Assembly (NCBI GenBank): GCA_020341815.1
Contig: CP070837.1
Location: 311,035 to 375,034, forward strand
Length of the DNA stretch: 64,000 nucleotides
Source: Candidatus Omnitrophota bacterium
GTDB lineage: Bacteria > Omnitrophota > Gorgyraeia > JAFGHF01
Direction: 5' to 3'
Shown piece by piece: positions 29,466 to 38,449 of the stretch. Position numbers and translations under genes: made by a program. The notes under the pieces were generated by a model. That model had not been told where the DNA came from. It saw only the letters and a program-made list of their open reading frames with translations, and searched no databases. Numbering within the stretch: position 1 is the first letter of the stretch; every line of letters begins with the position of its first letter.

Positions 29466-30412
29466 TGAAAAAAAACAAATTATTTGTTTTTTTAAGAATA
29501 TTGATTAGCCTCTGTTTGCTGGCATTGCTGCTATGGCTGGGCCGGGACAATTTCGCAAAAATCGGACAACTATTGAGCTCGGTCAATATATCTATTTTTG
29601 GGCTGGCTCTTGTGTTATTTCTGCTTAGTATTATTATTATGGCCTGGAGGCTGCGGCTTGCGCTGATTGTGCAGGGAAGCTCTTTCGGTGTGGGTGCGCT
29701 ATTTTCTCTGACACTGGTGGGGCTTTTCTTTAGCAATTTTATGCCTACTTCGGTCGGTGGGGACTTGGTAAAAGGCTATTATATTTCTCGCAAAAACAAA
29801 AACAAAATGTCCTCATACGCCTCCGTCTTCGTTGACCGGGTAATAGGCGTCTTTTCCCTTGCCTTAATCGCAAGTGCTGCCCTTGTGATTGGCAGGGGAG
29901 ATATTGAGCATAAGTTTATATTCTGGACCATTGGCCTTTTACTTGTGGCCTGCATTATATCTGCACTTTGTCTGATGAATAAGAAATTGCTGAAGAAAAT
30001 AAGCGGCTCCCTGGGCATCCTGCGTCTTTTGCGCATCTTAAAAGTCGATTCTCTTCTTAAGAGGGCATATGAGGCTATAAACATTTATATAAATTACAAA
30101 AAAACAATCTTTCAATTATTTACTCTTTCTCTGGTCTCGCAATTTATTTCCTTTTTCTCTATGTACATTTTGGCTAACAGCCTCTCACTTTACATTCCTT
30201 TTGAAAGGATTCTTCTGGTTATGCCGATTATTATTGTCTTATGCATGCTGCCTCTGACCATGAATGGATTGGGCCTGCGCGAATGGGCCTTTGTCTTTTT
30301 CTTCAGCCCCAATGTGGGCGAGGCCGCTGCGCTTTCATTTTCGCTGTTATATCTGGCAATGTTTCTCTTGACCAGCCTTTTGGGTGGAATAATCTATTTA
30401 TTCTGGAGGTAA
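29465..30412 (+). CDS. Lysylphosphatidylglycerol synthase TM / flippase-like protein (UPF0104)
   Basis: FFSNFMPTSVGGD, VFVDR and LPLTMNGLGLRE motifs; polytopic membrane protein. Confidence 0.88.
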   Translation: MKKNKLFVFLRILISLCLLALLLWLGRDNFAKIGQLLSSVNISIFGLALVLFLLSIIIMAWRLRLALIVQGSSFGVGALFSLTLVGLFFSNFMPTSVGGDLVKGYYISRKNKNKMSSYASVFVDRVIGVFSLALIASAALVIGRGDIEHKFIFWTIGLLLVACIISALCLMNKKLLKKISGSLGILRLLRILKVDSLLKRAYEAINIYINYKKTIFQLFTLSLVSQFISFFSMYILANSLSLYIPFERILLVMPIIIVLCMLPLTMNGLGLREWAFVFFFSPNVGEAAALSFSLLYLAMFLLTSLLGGIIYLFWR

Positions 30413-30415
30413 AAA

Positions 30416-30574
30416 ATGGATGAAGAACTATTGAATATTCTGGCCTGCCCTGCCTGCAAGGCCGATGTAGAATTAAAAGAAGACAAAGTAGTCTGTAAGG
30501 GCTGTAAAGCCAAATATCCAATCCGGGACGGTATTCCCATTATGTTAATCGAAGAGAGGGAAACAGAACAATGA
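30416..30574 (+). CDS. Trm112 family protein (below ORF-track size cutoff)
   Basis: Manual translation [15 protein letters not shown]...[18 protein letters not shown]...; SD GGAGG. Confidence 0.9.
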   Translation: MDEELLNILACPACKADVELKEDKVVCKGCKAKYPIRDGIPIMLIEERETEQ

Positions 30575-31017
30575 CAAAGATATTAGTTATTCACGGGCCC
30601 AATCTGGACCTTTTAGGTAAGCGCCAGCCGGAAATCTATGGTAGTTTTACCCTGGATGAAATCAACAAGCGCATGAAGAAAATAGCACAGGAAGAGAAGA
30701 TAGAAATAGAATTCTTACAATCCAACCACGAAGGCGAGATTGTCGATGCCATCGGAGAGGCAAAGAATAAGTTCTCCGTCCTACTGATTAATCCGGCTGC
30801 CTACACCCATACCAGCGTGGCTATTCGCGATGCCATCAGCGCCTCAGGCCTGCCTTGCGTGGAAGTTCATCTGTCGAATATTTACGCCCGCGAAGAGTTC
30901 AGACACACCTCTTTAATTGCCCCTGTGGCTAGAGGCCAAATCTGCGGATTCGGCATTGACAGTTACCTTCTAGGGTTACGCGCGGCAATAAACCTGGCAA
31001 AGGCAAGGGGCGCTTAA
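30571..31017 (+). CDS. aroQ: Type II 3-dehydroquinate dehydratase
   Basis: [25 protein letters not shown] and EVHLSN motifs. Confidence 0.98.
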   Translation: MTKILVIHGPNLDLLGKRQPEIYGSFTLDEINKRMKKIAQEEKIEIEFLQSNHEGEIVDAIGEAKNKFSVLLINPAAYTHTSVAIRDAISASGLPCVEVHLSNIYAREEFRHTSLIAPVARGQICGFGIDSYLLGLRAAINLAKARGA

Positions 31018-31024
31018 GGGTGAA

Positions 31025-31133
31025 CCCCGCCCTTCCAAATATCACGCTTTGCATAATAGATATAGGCAAAGATAATAAAAGAAAGGGCGGAATAAAATTT
31101 AACCTTGGCCTTACGAAGAAAGGAAGGGCGGGG
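31025..31133. mobile_element. MITE-like TIR element, copy B (109 bp)
   Basis: Same TIRs as copy A, with TGAA direct repeats at 31021-31024 and 31134-31137. Confidence 0.88.
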
Positions 31134-32182
31134 TGAATACTGCGGCCATAAATAAATTACGTCAGGAACTCTCCCGGCATAAGCTTGACGCCTTCCTGAT
31201 AAGTAAAGGCACAAATGTAGCCTATCTCAGCGGGTTTAGAGGGGAGGGCCAGCTTTTAATTACCCCGAGCAAAAAAATCCTGCTTGTCGACTTCAGGTTT
31301 AAAGAAGAGGCTGAGAAACATTGTGCATCTTGTCGCGTTTATACGCGTGAGGCCTTTGAGCCGTTGGAGAAAAGCCTGTTTTATTTAGTTAAAAAATTAA
31401 GGTTCAAAAGGATAGGGTTTGAGGCCTCATCTTTGTCCTATGAGTTTCATCATAAACTGAAAAATATTTTTAAATCTATAAAGCTATTACCTCTTGGGAG
31501 AGTTATAGAGGCCCTGCGAGCGGTAAAGAACGGGCAGGAGATTAAGCATCTTAAGGCGGCCGCCGCCCTGAGCGTAAGGAGCTTTGACTTTGCCAGAAAG
31601 ATTATCCGGCCCGGCAAAAAGGAGGCGGAAATTGCCCGCGAACTTCAATACTTTATACGCAAGCAGGGAGCTGAAGACTCTGCCTTTGATATAATTGTGG
31701 CCTCCGGCAAGAGGAGCTCGCTGCCCCATGCGCCTGTTTCCGCTAAAGTTATCAAAAAAAATGAGGTGGTTCTGGTAGACTTAGGATGCCGCCTGAACGG
31801 CTACAATTCCGACTTGACAAGGGTGGTCTTTTTAGGTAAAATTAGGGACAAAATTAAGCGGGTTTATGAGGTAGTTCTTCGGGCGCAACGGCTTGCGATC
31901 GAGGCCATAAAGGCGGGCGAAAGGGTAAGCGAGATCGATAAGGTGGCGCGCCAATACATAGCCAGCGCCGGCTTAGGGGCCCTTTTTGGACATGCCTTAG
32001 GGCACGGCATCGGCAGAGAAGTCCATGAACAGCCCTATATTTCCCCTAACAATCAGGACTTCTTAAAAGAAAATATGGTATTTACGGTGGAGCCGGGAGT
32101 TTATATACCTGGCTTAGGCGGGATAAGAGTGGAGGATATGGTTCGCGTTACCAGAAGAGGCGTTGAGGTATTGACCCAGTGA
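31133..32182 (+). CDS. Xaa-Pro aminopeptidase (M24B)
   Basis: SLPH, DLG...[24 protein letters not shown] and RVED motifs. Confidence 0.93.
   Translation: MNTAAINKLRQELSRHKLDAFLISKGTNVAYLSGFRGEGQLLITPSKKILLVDFRFKEEAEKHCASCRVYTREAFEPLEKSLFYLVKKLRFKRIGFEASSLSYEFHHKLKNIFKSIKLLPLGRVIEALRAVKNGQEIKHLKAAAALSVRSFDFARKIIRPGKKEAEIARELQYFIRKQGAEDSAFDIIVASGKRSSLPHAPVSAKVIKKNEVVLVDLGCRLNGYNSDLTRVVFLGKIRDKIKRVYEVVLRAQRLAIEAIKAGERVSEIDKVARQYIASAGLGALFGHALGHGIGREVHEQPYISPNNQDFLKENMVFTVEPGVYIPGLGGIRVEDMVRVTRRGVEVLTQ
31814..31842 (+). promoter_or_regulatory. Intragenic sigma70 promoter candidate for efp-accBC
   Basis: TTGACA-17 bp-TAAAAT inside the peptidase CDS. Confidence 0.6.
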
Positions 32183-32736
32183 TTGGCACAAATCAGTTTA
32201 AAAATGGGATAACAATTATATTGGATGGAGCAATTTATACCATTCTCAGTTTCCAACATGTGAAGCCGGGTAAGGGCGGGGCCTTTGTACGCACCAAACT
32301 GCGGAATTTAAAATATGGTAATGTTATTGACAAAACATTCCGTTCCGGTGAAAAGGTGGAACAGGCCTTTATAGAACAAAAGAAGGTGCAATTTTTATAC
32401 CATCACGGACACTTCTATCATTTTATGGACCAGGACACCTTTGAAGAGATGGAGTTTTCCCAGGAACAGCTGAGTGAAAAAGTAAAGTTTCTTAAAGAAA
32501 ATATGGTGATTTCGGTGGCTATGTGCGAAGGGGCTATCACAGATATCAATTTACCTACTTTTGTAGAGCTGAAGGTTGAGGATACCGAACCCGGTCTGCG
32601 CGCAGATACGGTGAAGGCTGGGAGCAAGACAGCTACCCTGGAAACAGGAGCAGAGATTTCTGTCCCTTTATTTATAAATAAAGGCGACATGATTAAGATA
32701 GATACCCGTTCAGGAACGTATATCGGGCGAGTGTAG
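32179..32736 (+). CDS. efp: Elongation factor P
   Basis: [20 protein letters not shown] and IDTR motifs. Confidence 0.98.
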   Translation: MIGTNQFKNGITIILDGAIYTILSFQHVKPGKGGAFVRTKLRNLKYGNVIDKTFRSGEKVEQAFIEQKKVQFLYHHGHFYHFMDQDTFEEMEFSQEQLSEKVKFLKENMVISVAMCEGAITDINLPTFVELKVEDTEPGLRADTVKAGSKTATLETGAEISVPLFINKGDMIKIDTRSGTYIGRV

Positions 32737-32753
32737 GGAAAGGTGGGGATAAA

Positions 32754-33203
32754 ATGAACCTAAAAGAAATAAAAGAGATGATTAATCTAATGAACGAACA
32801 CGATTTATTAGAGCTGGAGGTGGAAAGGAACGGCCTCAAGGTTAAGCTAAGGAAAAATGCCGGCCAAGTCCAGCAAATTATCACCACTCAGGAGGCCCCT
32901 TCTGTAGCTGCGCCAGCTATCCCCAGAGAAAAAGGGCCCGCCCTTGAGCCTGAAAAGGAAAAGCTGATAGAGATAATCTCACCTATGGTAGGAACCTTCT
33001 ATCGCGCCTCCTCTCCGGAAAGCGCCCCCTATGTAGATGTAGGAAGCGAAATCCAGCCGGGTGAGGTCGTCTGTATTATTGAAGCAATGAAACTGATGAA
33101 CGAAATAAAGGCGGAAGTTAAAGGTAAAGTGAAAGAAATCCTGGTGGAGAACGGCAGTCCTGTAGAATTCGGACAGGTATTGTTCCGTCTGGAGCCTGCA
33201 TAA
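32754..33203 (+). CDS. accB: Acetyl-CoA carboxylase biotin carboxyl carrier protein
   Basis: SPMVGTFY and EAMKLMNEI motifs. Confidence 0.98.
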   Translation: MNLKEIKEMINLMNEHDLLELEVERNGLKVKLRKNAGQVQQIITTQEAPSVAAPAIPREKGPALEPEKEKLIEIISPMVGTFYRASSPESAPYVDVGSEIQPGEVVCIIEAMKLMNEIKAEVKGKVKEILVENGSPVEFGQVLFRLEPA

Positions 33204-33206
33204 GAG

Positions 33207-34562
33207 ATGTTTTCTAAAGTCCTGATTGCCAATCGGGGAGAGATTGCTTTAAGGATTATCCGCGCCTGCAAAGAAATGGGCGTGCGCACCGTAGCGGTCT
33301 ACTCCCAGCCCGATGTTAATTCTCTACACGTGCGTCTGGCGGATGAGGCCATCTGTATCGGCCGCGCCGCGCCGGCTGAGAGCTATCTGAGCATCCCCAG
33401 CATTATCAGCGCAGCCGAGATTGCCGATGTGGAAGCCATCCATCCCGGTTATGGCTTTCTGGCGGAAAATGCCCACTTTGCGGAAATCTGCGCTTCCTGT
33501 AACATCAATTTCATCGGGCCAAAGCCTGAGCCGATGAGGTTAATGGGCGATAAGCTGCAGGCGAAGGCCACTATGCGCAAGGCCGGAATACCGGTTGTGC
33601 CCGGCAGCACAGAAGCGGTGCAGGACAAAGACAAGGCCATAAAGATTGCCCAGCGGCTTAAATATCCGGTGATTATTAAGGCCGCAGCCGGAGGCGGCGG
33701 CAAAGGAATGCGCGTATGCCATAACGATGTGCGCCTGGTCAGCGCCCTGCTTACAGCCCAGGCGGAGGCAGAGGCAGCTTTCGGCAAGCCGGAGGTCTAC
33801 ATAGAGAAATATTTTTCCCGGCCGCGCCATATAGAGTTTCAAATCCTGGCGGATAACTTTGGGCGCATAATTCATTTAGGGGAAAGGGACTGCACTATCC
33901 AAAGACGCCATCAGAAGCTAATCGAAGAATCGCCCTCTATGGCTATCAATGCTAAACTGCGCAAACGTATGGGGGAGGCCGCCATCAAGGCCGCCAAGTC
34001 CGTCAATTACAATAGCGCAGGCACCATAGAATTTCTTCTTGATGAAAAAAACAATTTTTATTTTTTGGAAATGAATACGCGTATTCAGGTTGAGCACGGC
34101 GTTACCGAAATGGTTACGGGCGTAGACCTGCTCAAAGAGCAAATCAGGATTGCCGCGGGAGAGAAATTACGCCTTAACCAGGACGATGTCAAAATAAAAG
34201 GATGGGCAATGGAGTGCCGCATCAACGCCGAAGACCCCAACAACAACTTCACGCCTTCCCCTGGAAGGATCACCTCCTACAATGTCCCGGGCGGACCGGG
34301 GGTGCGCGTTGACAGCTGCGTATATCAGAATTATAATATCCTGCCTTATTATGATTCCCTGATTGCCAAGCTGATTGCGCACGGCAAAACAAGGAATGAG
34401 GCCATCCGGATTATGCTGCGGGCGCTTGAGGAATACGTAATCGAACCGGTAAAGACGACTCTGCCTTTTTGCAGAGACGTATTGAACGACGCGCGCTTCT
34501 TGAGAGGCAAGGTTTATACAGATTTTACGGATATCTTGATTTCCGAAAAACAAAAAGAGTAA
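33207..34562 (+). CDS. accC: Biotin carboxylase
   Basis: [25 protein letters not shown] and [10 protein letters not shown] motifs. Confidence 0.98.
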   Translation: MFSKVLIANRGEIALRIIRACKEMGVRTVAVYSQPDVNSLHVRLADEAICIGRAAPAESYLSIPSIISAAEIADVEAIHPGYGFLAENAHFAEICASCNINFIGPKPEPMRLMGDKLQAKATMRKAGIPVVPGSTEAVQDKDKAIKIAQRLKYPVIIKAAAGGGGKGMRVCHNDVRLVSALLTAQAEAEAAFGKPEVYIEKYFSRPRHIEFQILADNFGRIIHLGERDCTIQRRHQKLIEESPSMAINAKLRKRMGEAAIKAAKSVNYNSAGTIEFLLDEKNNFYFLEMNTRIQVEHGVTEMVTGVDLLKEQIRIAAGEKLRLNQDDVKIKGWAMECRINAEDPNNNFTPSPGRITSYNVPGGPGVRVDSCVYQNYNILPYYDSLIAKLIAHGKTRNEAIRIMLRALEEYVIEPVKTTLPFCRDVLNDARFLRGKVYTDFTDILISEKQKE

Positions 34563-34625
34563 CACTGAGGACACTGAAAGAAAAATTTCAGTGGTTTCAG
34601 TGTAACAATTTCAGTGATTTCAGTG
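34563..34625. repeat. CACTGA-doublet palindromic repeat, copy 3
   Basis: CACTGAGGACACTGAA...TTCAGTGGTTTCAGTG...TTCAGTGATTTCAGTG directly after the accC stop. Confidence 0.9.
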
Positions 34626-34642
34626 ATAAAAGGGAGGTAAAA

Positions 34643-35275
34643 ATGAGGGCATTGGCAGCAATAGTAATCTTCGTTTGCACTCTTGTCTTCGCAGCCTTGG
34701 GAGGTATTTTAGTTGCGCTTTCTCTGGATTTATTCACCTTGCAGAACCTGACGGATTTCCTGCGCCTGGCATTTGAGATCGAAAACATCAATCTAATTGT
34801 CGGCGGATCGGGCCTGTTTTTGATTATCGCCAGCATCTGTATCGCCCAGATTTCCTTTGGCAGGATGCAGAGAGAAAAGACTATTGCTTTTGATAATCCT
34901 GACGGGCAGGTGAGCGTTTCTCTTTCGGCGATAGAAGATTTTATCAAACGGCTCTCCTCGGGCATGTCGGAAGTCAAGGACTTACGCAGCAATGTCGTTG
35001 CCGGCAAGAAAGGCATAGAAATAAATGTACGCGTTAGCCTTTGGGCCGACGCCAATATCCCCGAAAGCACCGAAAGCATTCAGGCAATAATCAAAAACCG
35101 CATCCAGGAAATGCTGGGAATTGAAGAGACAATCATAGTGAAAGTGCATGTGGGAAAGATTGTCCCCAAGGAAAAGAGGCGCTTTAAGAAAAAGGGCAAG
35201 GAGAAGGAGAAAGAGGATGTGCAAACACAGGAGAGATTTGCCCCTTTTCAAGGAAATATTGAATATGGAGACTGA
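34643..35275 (+). CDS. Alkaline shock response membrane anchor AmaP-like protein
   Basis: Two TM helices plus an Asp23-like domain (GQVSVSLSAIED); SD GGGAGG before ATG 34643; follows accBC. Confidence 0.75.
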   Translation: MRALAAIVIFVCTLVFAALGGILVALSLDLFTLQNLTDFLRLAFEIENINLIVGGSGLFLIIASICIAQISFGRMQREKTIAFDNPDGQVSVSLSAIEDFIKRLSSGMSEVKDLRSNVVAGKKGIEINVRVSLWADANIPESTESIQAIIKNRIQEMLGIEETIIVKVHVGKIVPKEKRRFKKKGKEKEKEDVQTQERFAPFQGNIEYGD

Positions 35276-35295
35276 AGAGTAGAAAGGATCAGGAA

Positions 35296-36327
35296 ATGAT
35301 TAAAAGAGTCGCAGTTTTAACCGGCGGAGGAGATTGTCCGGGAATCAATTCGGTAATCAGGGCGATAGCCCGCAAGGCCTTGAAAGAAAATTATAAGGTT
35401 ATAGGTATCAAAAACGGCTGGAAGGGTCTAATCGAGAATACTACGATACCTCTTGACCTCGATTCTGTCTCCGGAATACTGCCTAAAGGCGGAACGATTC
35501 TGGGTACCTCAAGGACCAATCCTTACAAAAATGAGGCGGATTTGAAGAAAGCCAAAGGAAACTTTAAGGCCTTAAAAATTGACGCCCTGATTGCTATTGG
35601 GGGAGAAGATACCTTAGGTGTAGCCAGCAAGCTGTACAAAGACGGCTTCAAGGTTGTGGGTGTACCCAAGACTATCGATAACGACCTCTCGGCTACAGAC
35701 AGGACATTCGGTTTTGATACCGCCGTTAATATTGCCACCGAGGCCATTGACAGGATACATACCACAGCCGAATCCCACCATCGGGTAATGGTAGTGGAAG
35801 TTATGGGGCGCCATTCCGGATGGATTGGGCTTGAGGCCGGCATTGCCGGCGGGGCTGATGCCATTCTCATCCCTGAGTTTCCTATTGACATCAAGGAGGT
35901 CTGCGGCTTAATAAAAAAACGGCATGGTCGTGGCAAAAACTTCAGTATCGTTGTGGTAGCCGAAGGCGCCAAGTTCAAAGAAGGCTCAGAGATATTGCAG
36001 GAGGAAAGACTTGATGCCTTTGGGCACGTAAGGCTGGGCGGTATAGGCCAAATCTTGGGTGATGAAATTGAGAAAATAACCGGATTTGAAACACGAGTTA
36101 CGGTATTGGGCCATATTCAAAGAGGAGGCAGCCCCACCGCCTTTGACCGCGTCCTTGGCACTCGCTACGGAGTTAAAGCTATGGAGCTGGTGCTGGAGGA
36201 AAAATTTGGTCAGATGGCCAGTCTGCAAGGGGATAAAATAGTCTCTGTTCCTTTGGAGCGAGCTGTGGGCACCCTTAAGACAGTCCCCAAAGAGTTCTAC
36301 GATATCGCCACTACATTTTTCGGGTAA
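35296..36327 (+). CDS. pfkA: 6-phosphofructokinase (group III, likely PPi-utilising)
   Basis: TGGGDCPG, GGEDT, PKTIDND, EVMGR and LGHIQRGG motifs. Confidence 0.95.
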   Translation: MIKRVAVLTGGGDCPGINSVIRAIARKALKENYKVIGIKNGWKGLIENTTIPLDLDSVSGILPKGGTILGTSRTNPYKNEADLKKAKGNFKALKIDALIAIGGEDTLGVASKLYKDGFKVVGVPKTIDNDLSATDRTFGFDTAVNIATEAIDRIHTTAESHHRVMVVEVMGRHSGWIGLEAGIAGGADAILIPEFPIDIKEVCGLIKKRHGRGKNFSIVVVAEGAKFKEGSEILQEERLDAFGHVRLGGIGQILGDEIEKITGFETRVTVLGHIQRGGSPTAFDRVLGTRYGVKAMELVLEEKFGQMASLQGDKIVSVPLERAVGTLKTVPKEFYDIATTFFG

Positions 36328-36338
36328 GGATAACTAAT

Positions 36339-36902
36339 ATGGAAAAGGCAATAAAAACTATTTTAAAAGAGAGCATTGCCGTTAAACAGGGTGTTCTCGA
36401 AAATAATATTGCTGCAATCGCCAGGATTACGGAGCTGGCTATTGCCTGTTTGAAAAAGGGAGGCAAAATCATCCTCTTTGGTAACGGAGGCAGCGCTGCC
36501 GACAGTCAGCACCTTGCCGCAGAACTCGTAGGAAGATTCACCCGTGAAAGAAAGGCCCTGGCGGCAATAGCCTTAAGCTGCAACAGCTCCAACATCACCT
36601 CAATCGGCAATGATTACGATTTTGAAAAGGTTTTTGCCCGGCAGATAGAGGCGTTAGGAAAGAAGGAGGATTTGGCAATCGGCATATCTACGAGCGGCAA
36701 TTCCGGCAATGTCCTTAAAGCTATAATTTCAGCCAAGGCAATGGGGATGAAGACCGCCTGTCTTAGCGGTAAGGAAGGAAAACTGGCAAAAGAGGTGGAT
36801 GCTGCGGTGTGCGTGCCATCAACCAACACCGCACGTATTCAGGAAGCCCATATTGCTATCGGACACATTATTTGCGAATTAACAGAAAAAGCCTTTTCGT
36901 GA
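36339..36902 (+). CDS. gmhA: D-sedoheptulose 7-phosphate isomerase
   Basis: [18 protein letters not shown] and RIQEAH motifs. Confidence 0.96.
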   Translation: MEKAIKTILKESIAVKQGVLENNIAAIARITELAIACLKKGGKIILFGNGGSAADSQHLAAELVGRFTRERKALAAIALSCNSSNITSIGNDYDFEKVFARQIEALGKKEDLAIGISTSGNSGNVLKAIISAKAMGMKTACLSGKEGKLAKEVDAAVCVPSTNTARIQEAHIAIGHIICELTEKAFS

Positions 36903-37378
36903 CTAAAGATAAGATTAAAAACTTAAAAACTTTAAAAAGTATAGTAGCTGCCTGTAAAAAAAGACGAGAAAAAGTCGTTTTTACCAACGGCTGCTTCGAT
37001 ATCCTGCATCTGGGCCATATAAAATACTTAGAGCAGGCCTCCTCTTTAGGAAAGAGACTTGTGGTTGCCGTAAATAGCGACGCCTCCGAGCGTCTCTTAA
37101 AAGGAAGCACCCGCCCCATAATCCCCGAAAAAGAAAGAGCTGCTTTGGTGGCAGCCCTTGAGTGCGTAGATTATGTAACTATCTTTAATCAGCCTACACC
37201 CCTGGCCTTAATTAAGGCCTTAAAGCCCGATATCCTGGTTAAAGGAGGCGACTGGCAAAAGGCGGATATAGTGGGAAAAGATTTTGTCGAGTCTTACGGC
37301 GGAAAGGTTGTAGCGGCAGATTTTGTCAAAGGGTTCTCTTCCAGCTCAATAATTGCCGGAATAAGAAAGGGCAAATGA
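36899..37378 (+). CDS. rfaE2: D-glycero-beta-D-manno-heptose 1-phosphate adenylyltransferase
   Basis: [17 protein letters not shown] and LVKGGDW motifs. GTG start overlaps the gmhA stop. Confidence 0.94.
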   Translation: MTKDKIKNLKTLKSIVAACKKRREKVVFTNGCFDILHLGHIKYLEQASSLGKRLVVAVNSDASERLLKGSTRPIIPEKERAALVAALECVDYVTIFNQPTPLALIKALKPDILVKGGDWQKADIVGKDFVESYGGKVVAADFVKGFSSSSIIAGIRKGK

Positions 37379-37773
37379 AAAAGGACCTCTTTAGAATTAT
37401 TGATGCCAATCTAAACCGCTCCCGCGAAGGCTTAAGGGTCTGCGAAGAAGTTGTCCGCTTTGTCCTGGAGGATGAAAAGCTAACGGGTGAGTTTAAAAGA
37501 GCCAGGCACAGCATTTCCCGCAGCATTAAAAGATTTCCCGGTGCGCTTCCTGAACACAGAAATACCGCAACTGATGCCGGCAGAGATATCGTAACCAAAA
37601 ACGGACGAAAAAATTATCAAGATGTTTTTTCTGCCAACATCCAGAGAAGTAAGGAAGCCCTGCGGGTTTTGGAGGAGTTCTCCGGTATATTCAATCGTTC
37701 TTTAAGTAAAAGTTTTGGCCGGATAAGATTTCAGGTTTACGACTTAGAAAAGAAGACCATTGCGCGACTTTAG
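37375..37773 (+). CDS. ThiD2-like protein (N-terminal helical domain of thiamine-phosphate synthase)
   Basis: [19 protein letters not shown] and [15 protein letters not shown] motifs. Confidence 0.88.
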   Translation: MKKDLFRIIDANLNRSREGLRVCEEVVRFVLEDEKLTGEFKRARHSISRSIKRFPGALPEHRNTATDAGRDIVTKNGRKNYQDVFSANIQRSKEALRVLEEFSGIFNRSLSKSFGRIRFQVYDLEKKTIARL

Positions 37774-38395
37774 GTTATATGTAATTTTAGATGTTGATAT
37801 CGCTGCCTCATGCGGCAAAATAGAGGAAATAGCCCATAATGTTCTTTCCGCAGGAGCCGATATCCTGCAGTTAAGGGCAAAAGGTAAAAGCGATAGTGAG
37901 GTTTTGAAAATAGGCCGTTCTTTAGGAAATTTAGCCCGTAAAGAAAAGGCCTTATTTATCCTTAATGACCGTGTAGAGCTGGTAGATACTATCAATGCTG
38001 ATGGAGTGCATCTGGGTCAGGAGGATGCACCCTTCAGTGAGGCGCGCAGGGCCTTAGGCCCTAAAAGAATAATCGGTATCTCCACCCACAGCGTAGAAGA
38101 GGCGCACGAGGCAGAAAGACAAGGGGTAGATTATATCGCTATCGGACCGATATTTTCCACACAGACAAAACCGCAAAGTACTCCTCTGGGGCCTGAAATA
38201 ATTACAGAGATTAAGGACAAAGTTAAAATCCCTTTTCTGGCTGTGGGGGGCATAAATCTGGAAAACTCAAACCAAGTTTTAACCTGTGGCGCTCGGCGCA
38301 TTGCCGTCTGCAGGGCTATCATTAAAGCAAAGGACGTCTTTGGAACTACGGAGAAATTCAAACAAAGGCTAAACAACCCTACTTACACCTCGTAG
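37760..38395 (+). CDS. thiE: Thiamine phosphate synthase
   Basis: QLRAK, LNDR, GVHLGQED, GISTH, STQTK and GGI motifs. Confidence 0.96.
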   Translation: MRDFRLYVILDVDIAASCGKIEEIAHNVLSAGADILQLRAKGKSDSEVLKIGRSLGNLARKEKALFILNDRVELVDTINADGVHLGQEDAPFSEARRALGPKRIIGISTHSVEEAHEAERQGVDYIAIGPIFSTQTKPQSTPLGPEIITEIKDKVKIPFLAVGGINLENSNQVLTCGARRIAVCRAIIKAKDVFGTTEKFKQRLNNPTYTS

Positions 38396-38404
38396 GTGTA
38401 AGTA
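38380..38404. repeat. Perfect 11-bp hairpin spanning the thiE stop codon
   Basis: TACTTACACCT-CGT-AGGTGTAAGTA. Confidence 0.7.
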
Positions 38405-38449
38405 ACGAAGCGTGGATTGTGCGCTTAAATTTTGAAACGGAATGTACAG

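Noticed and set aside
32932-32945. AAGGGC-CC-GCCCTT in the accB linker, resembling the TIR arms
   Set aside because: Only 6-bp arms with no TGAA duplication; likely coincidental in a Pro/Ala-rich linker.
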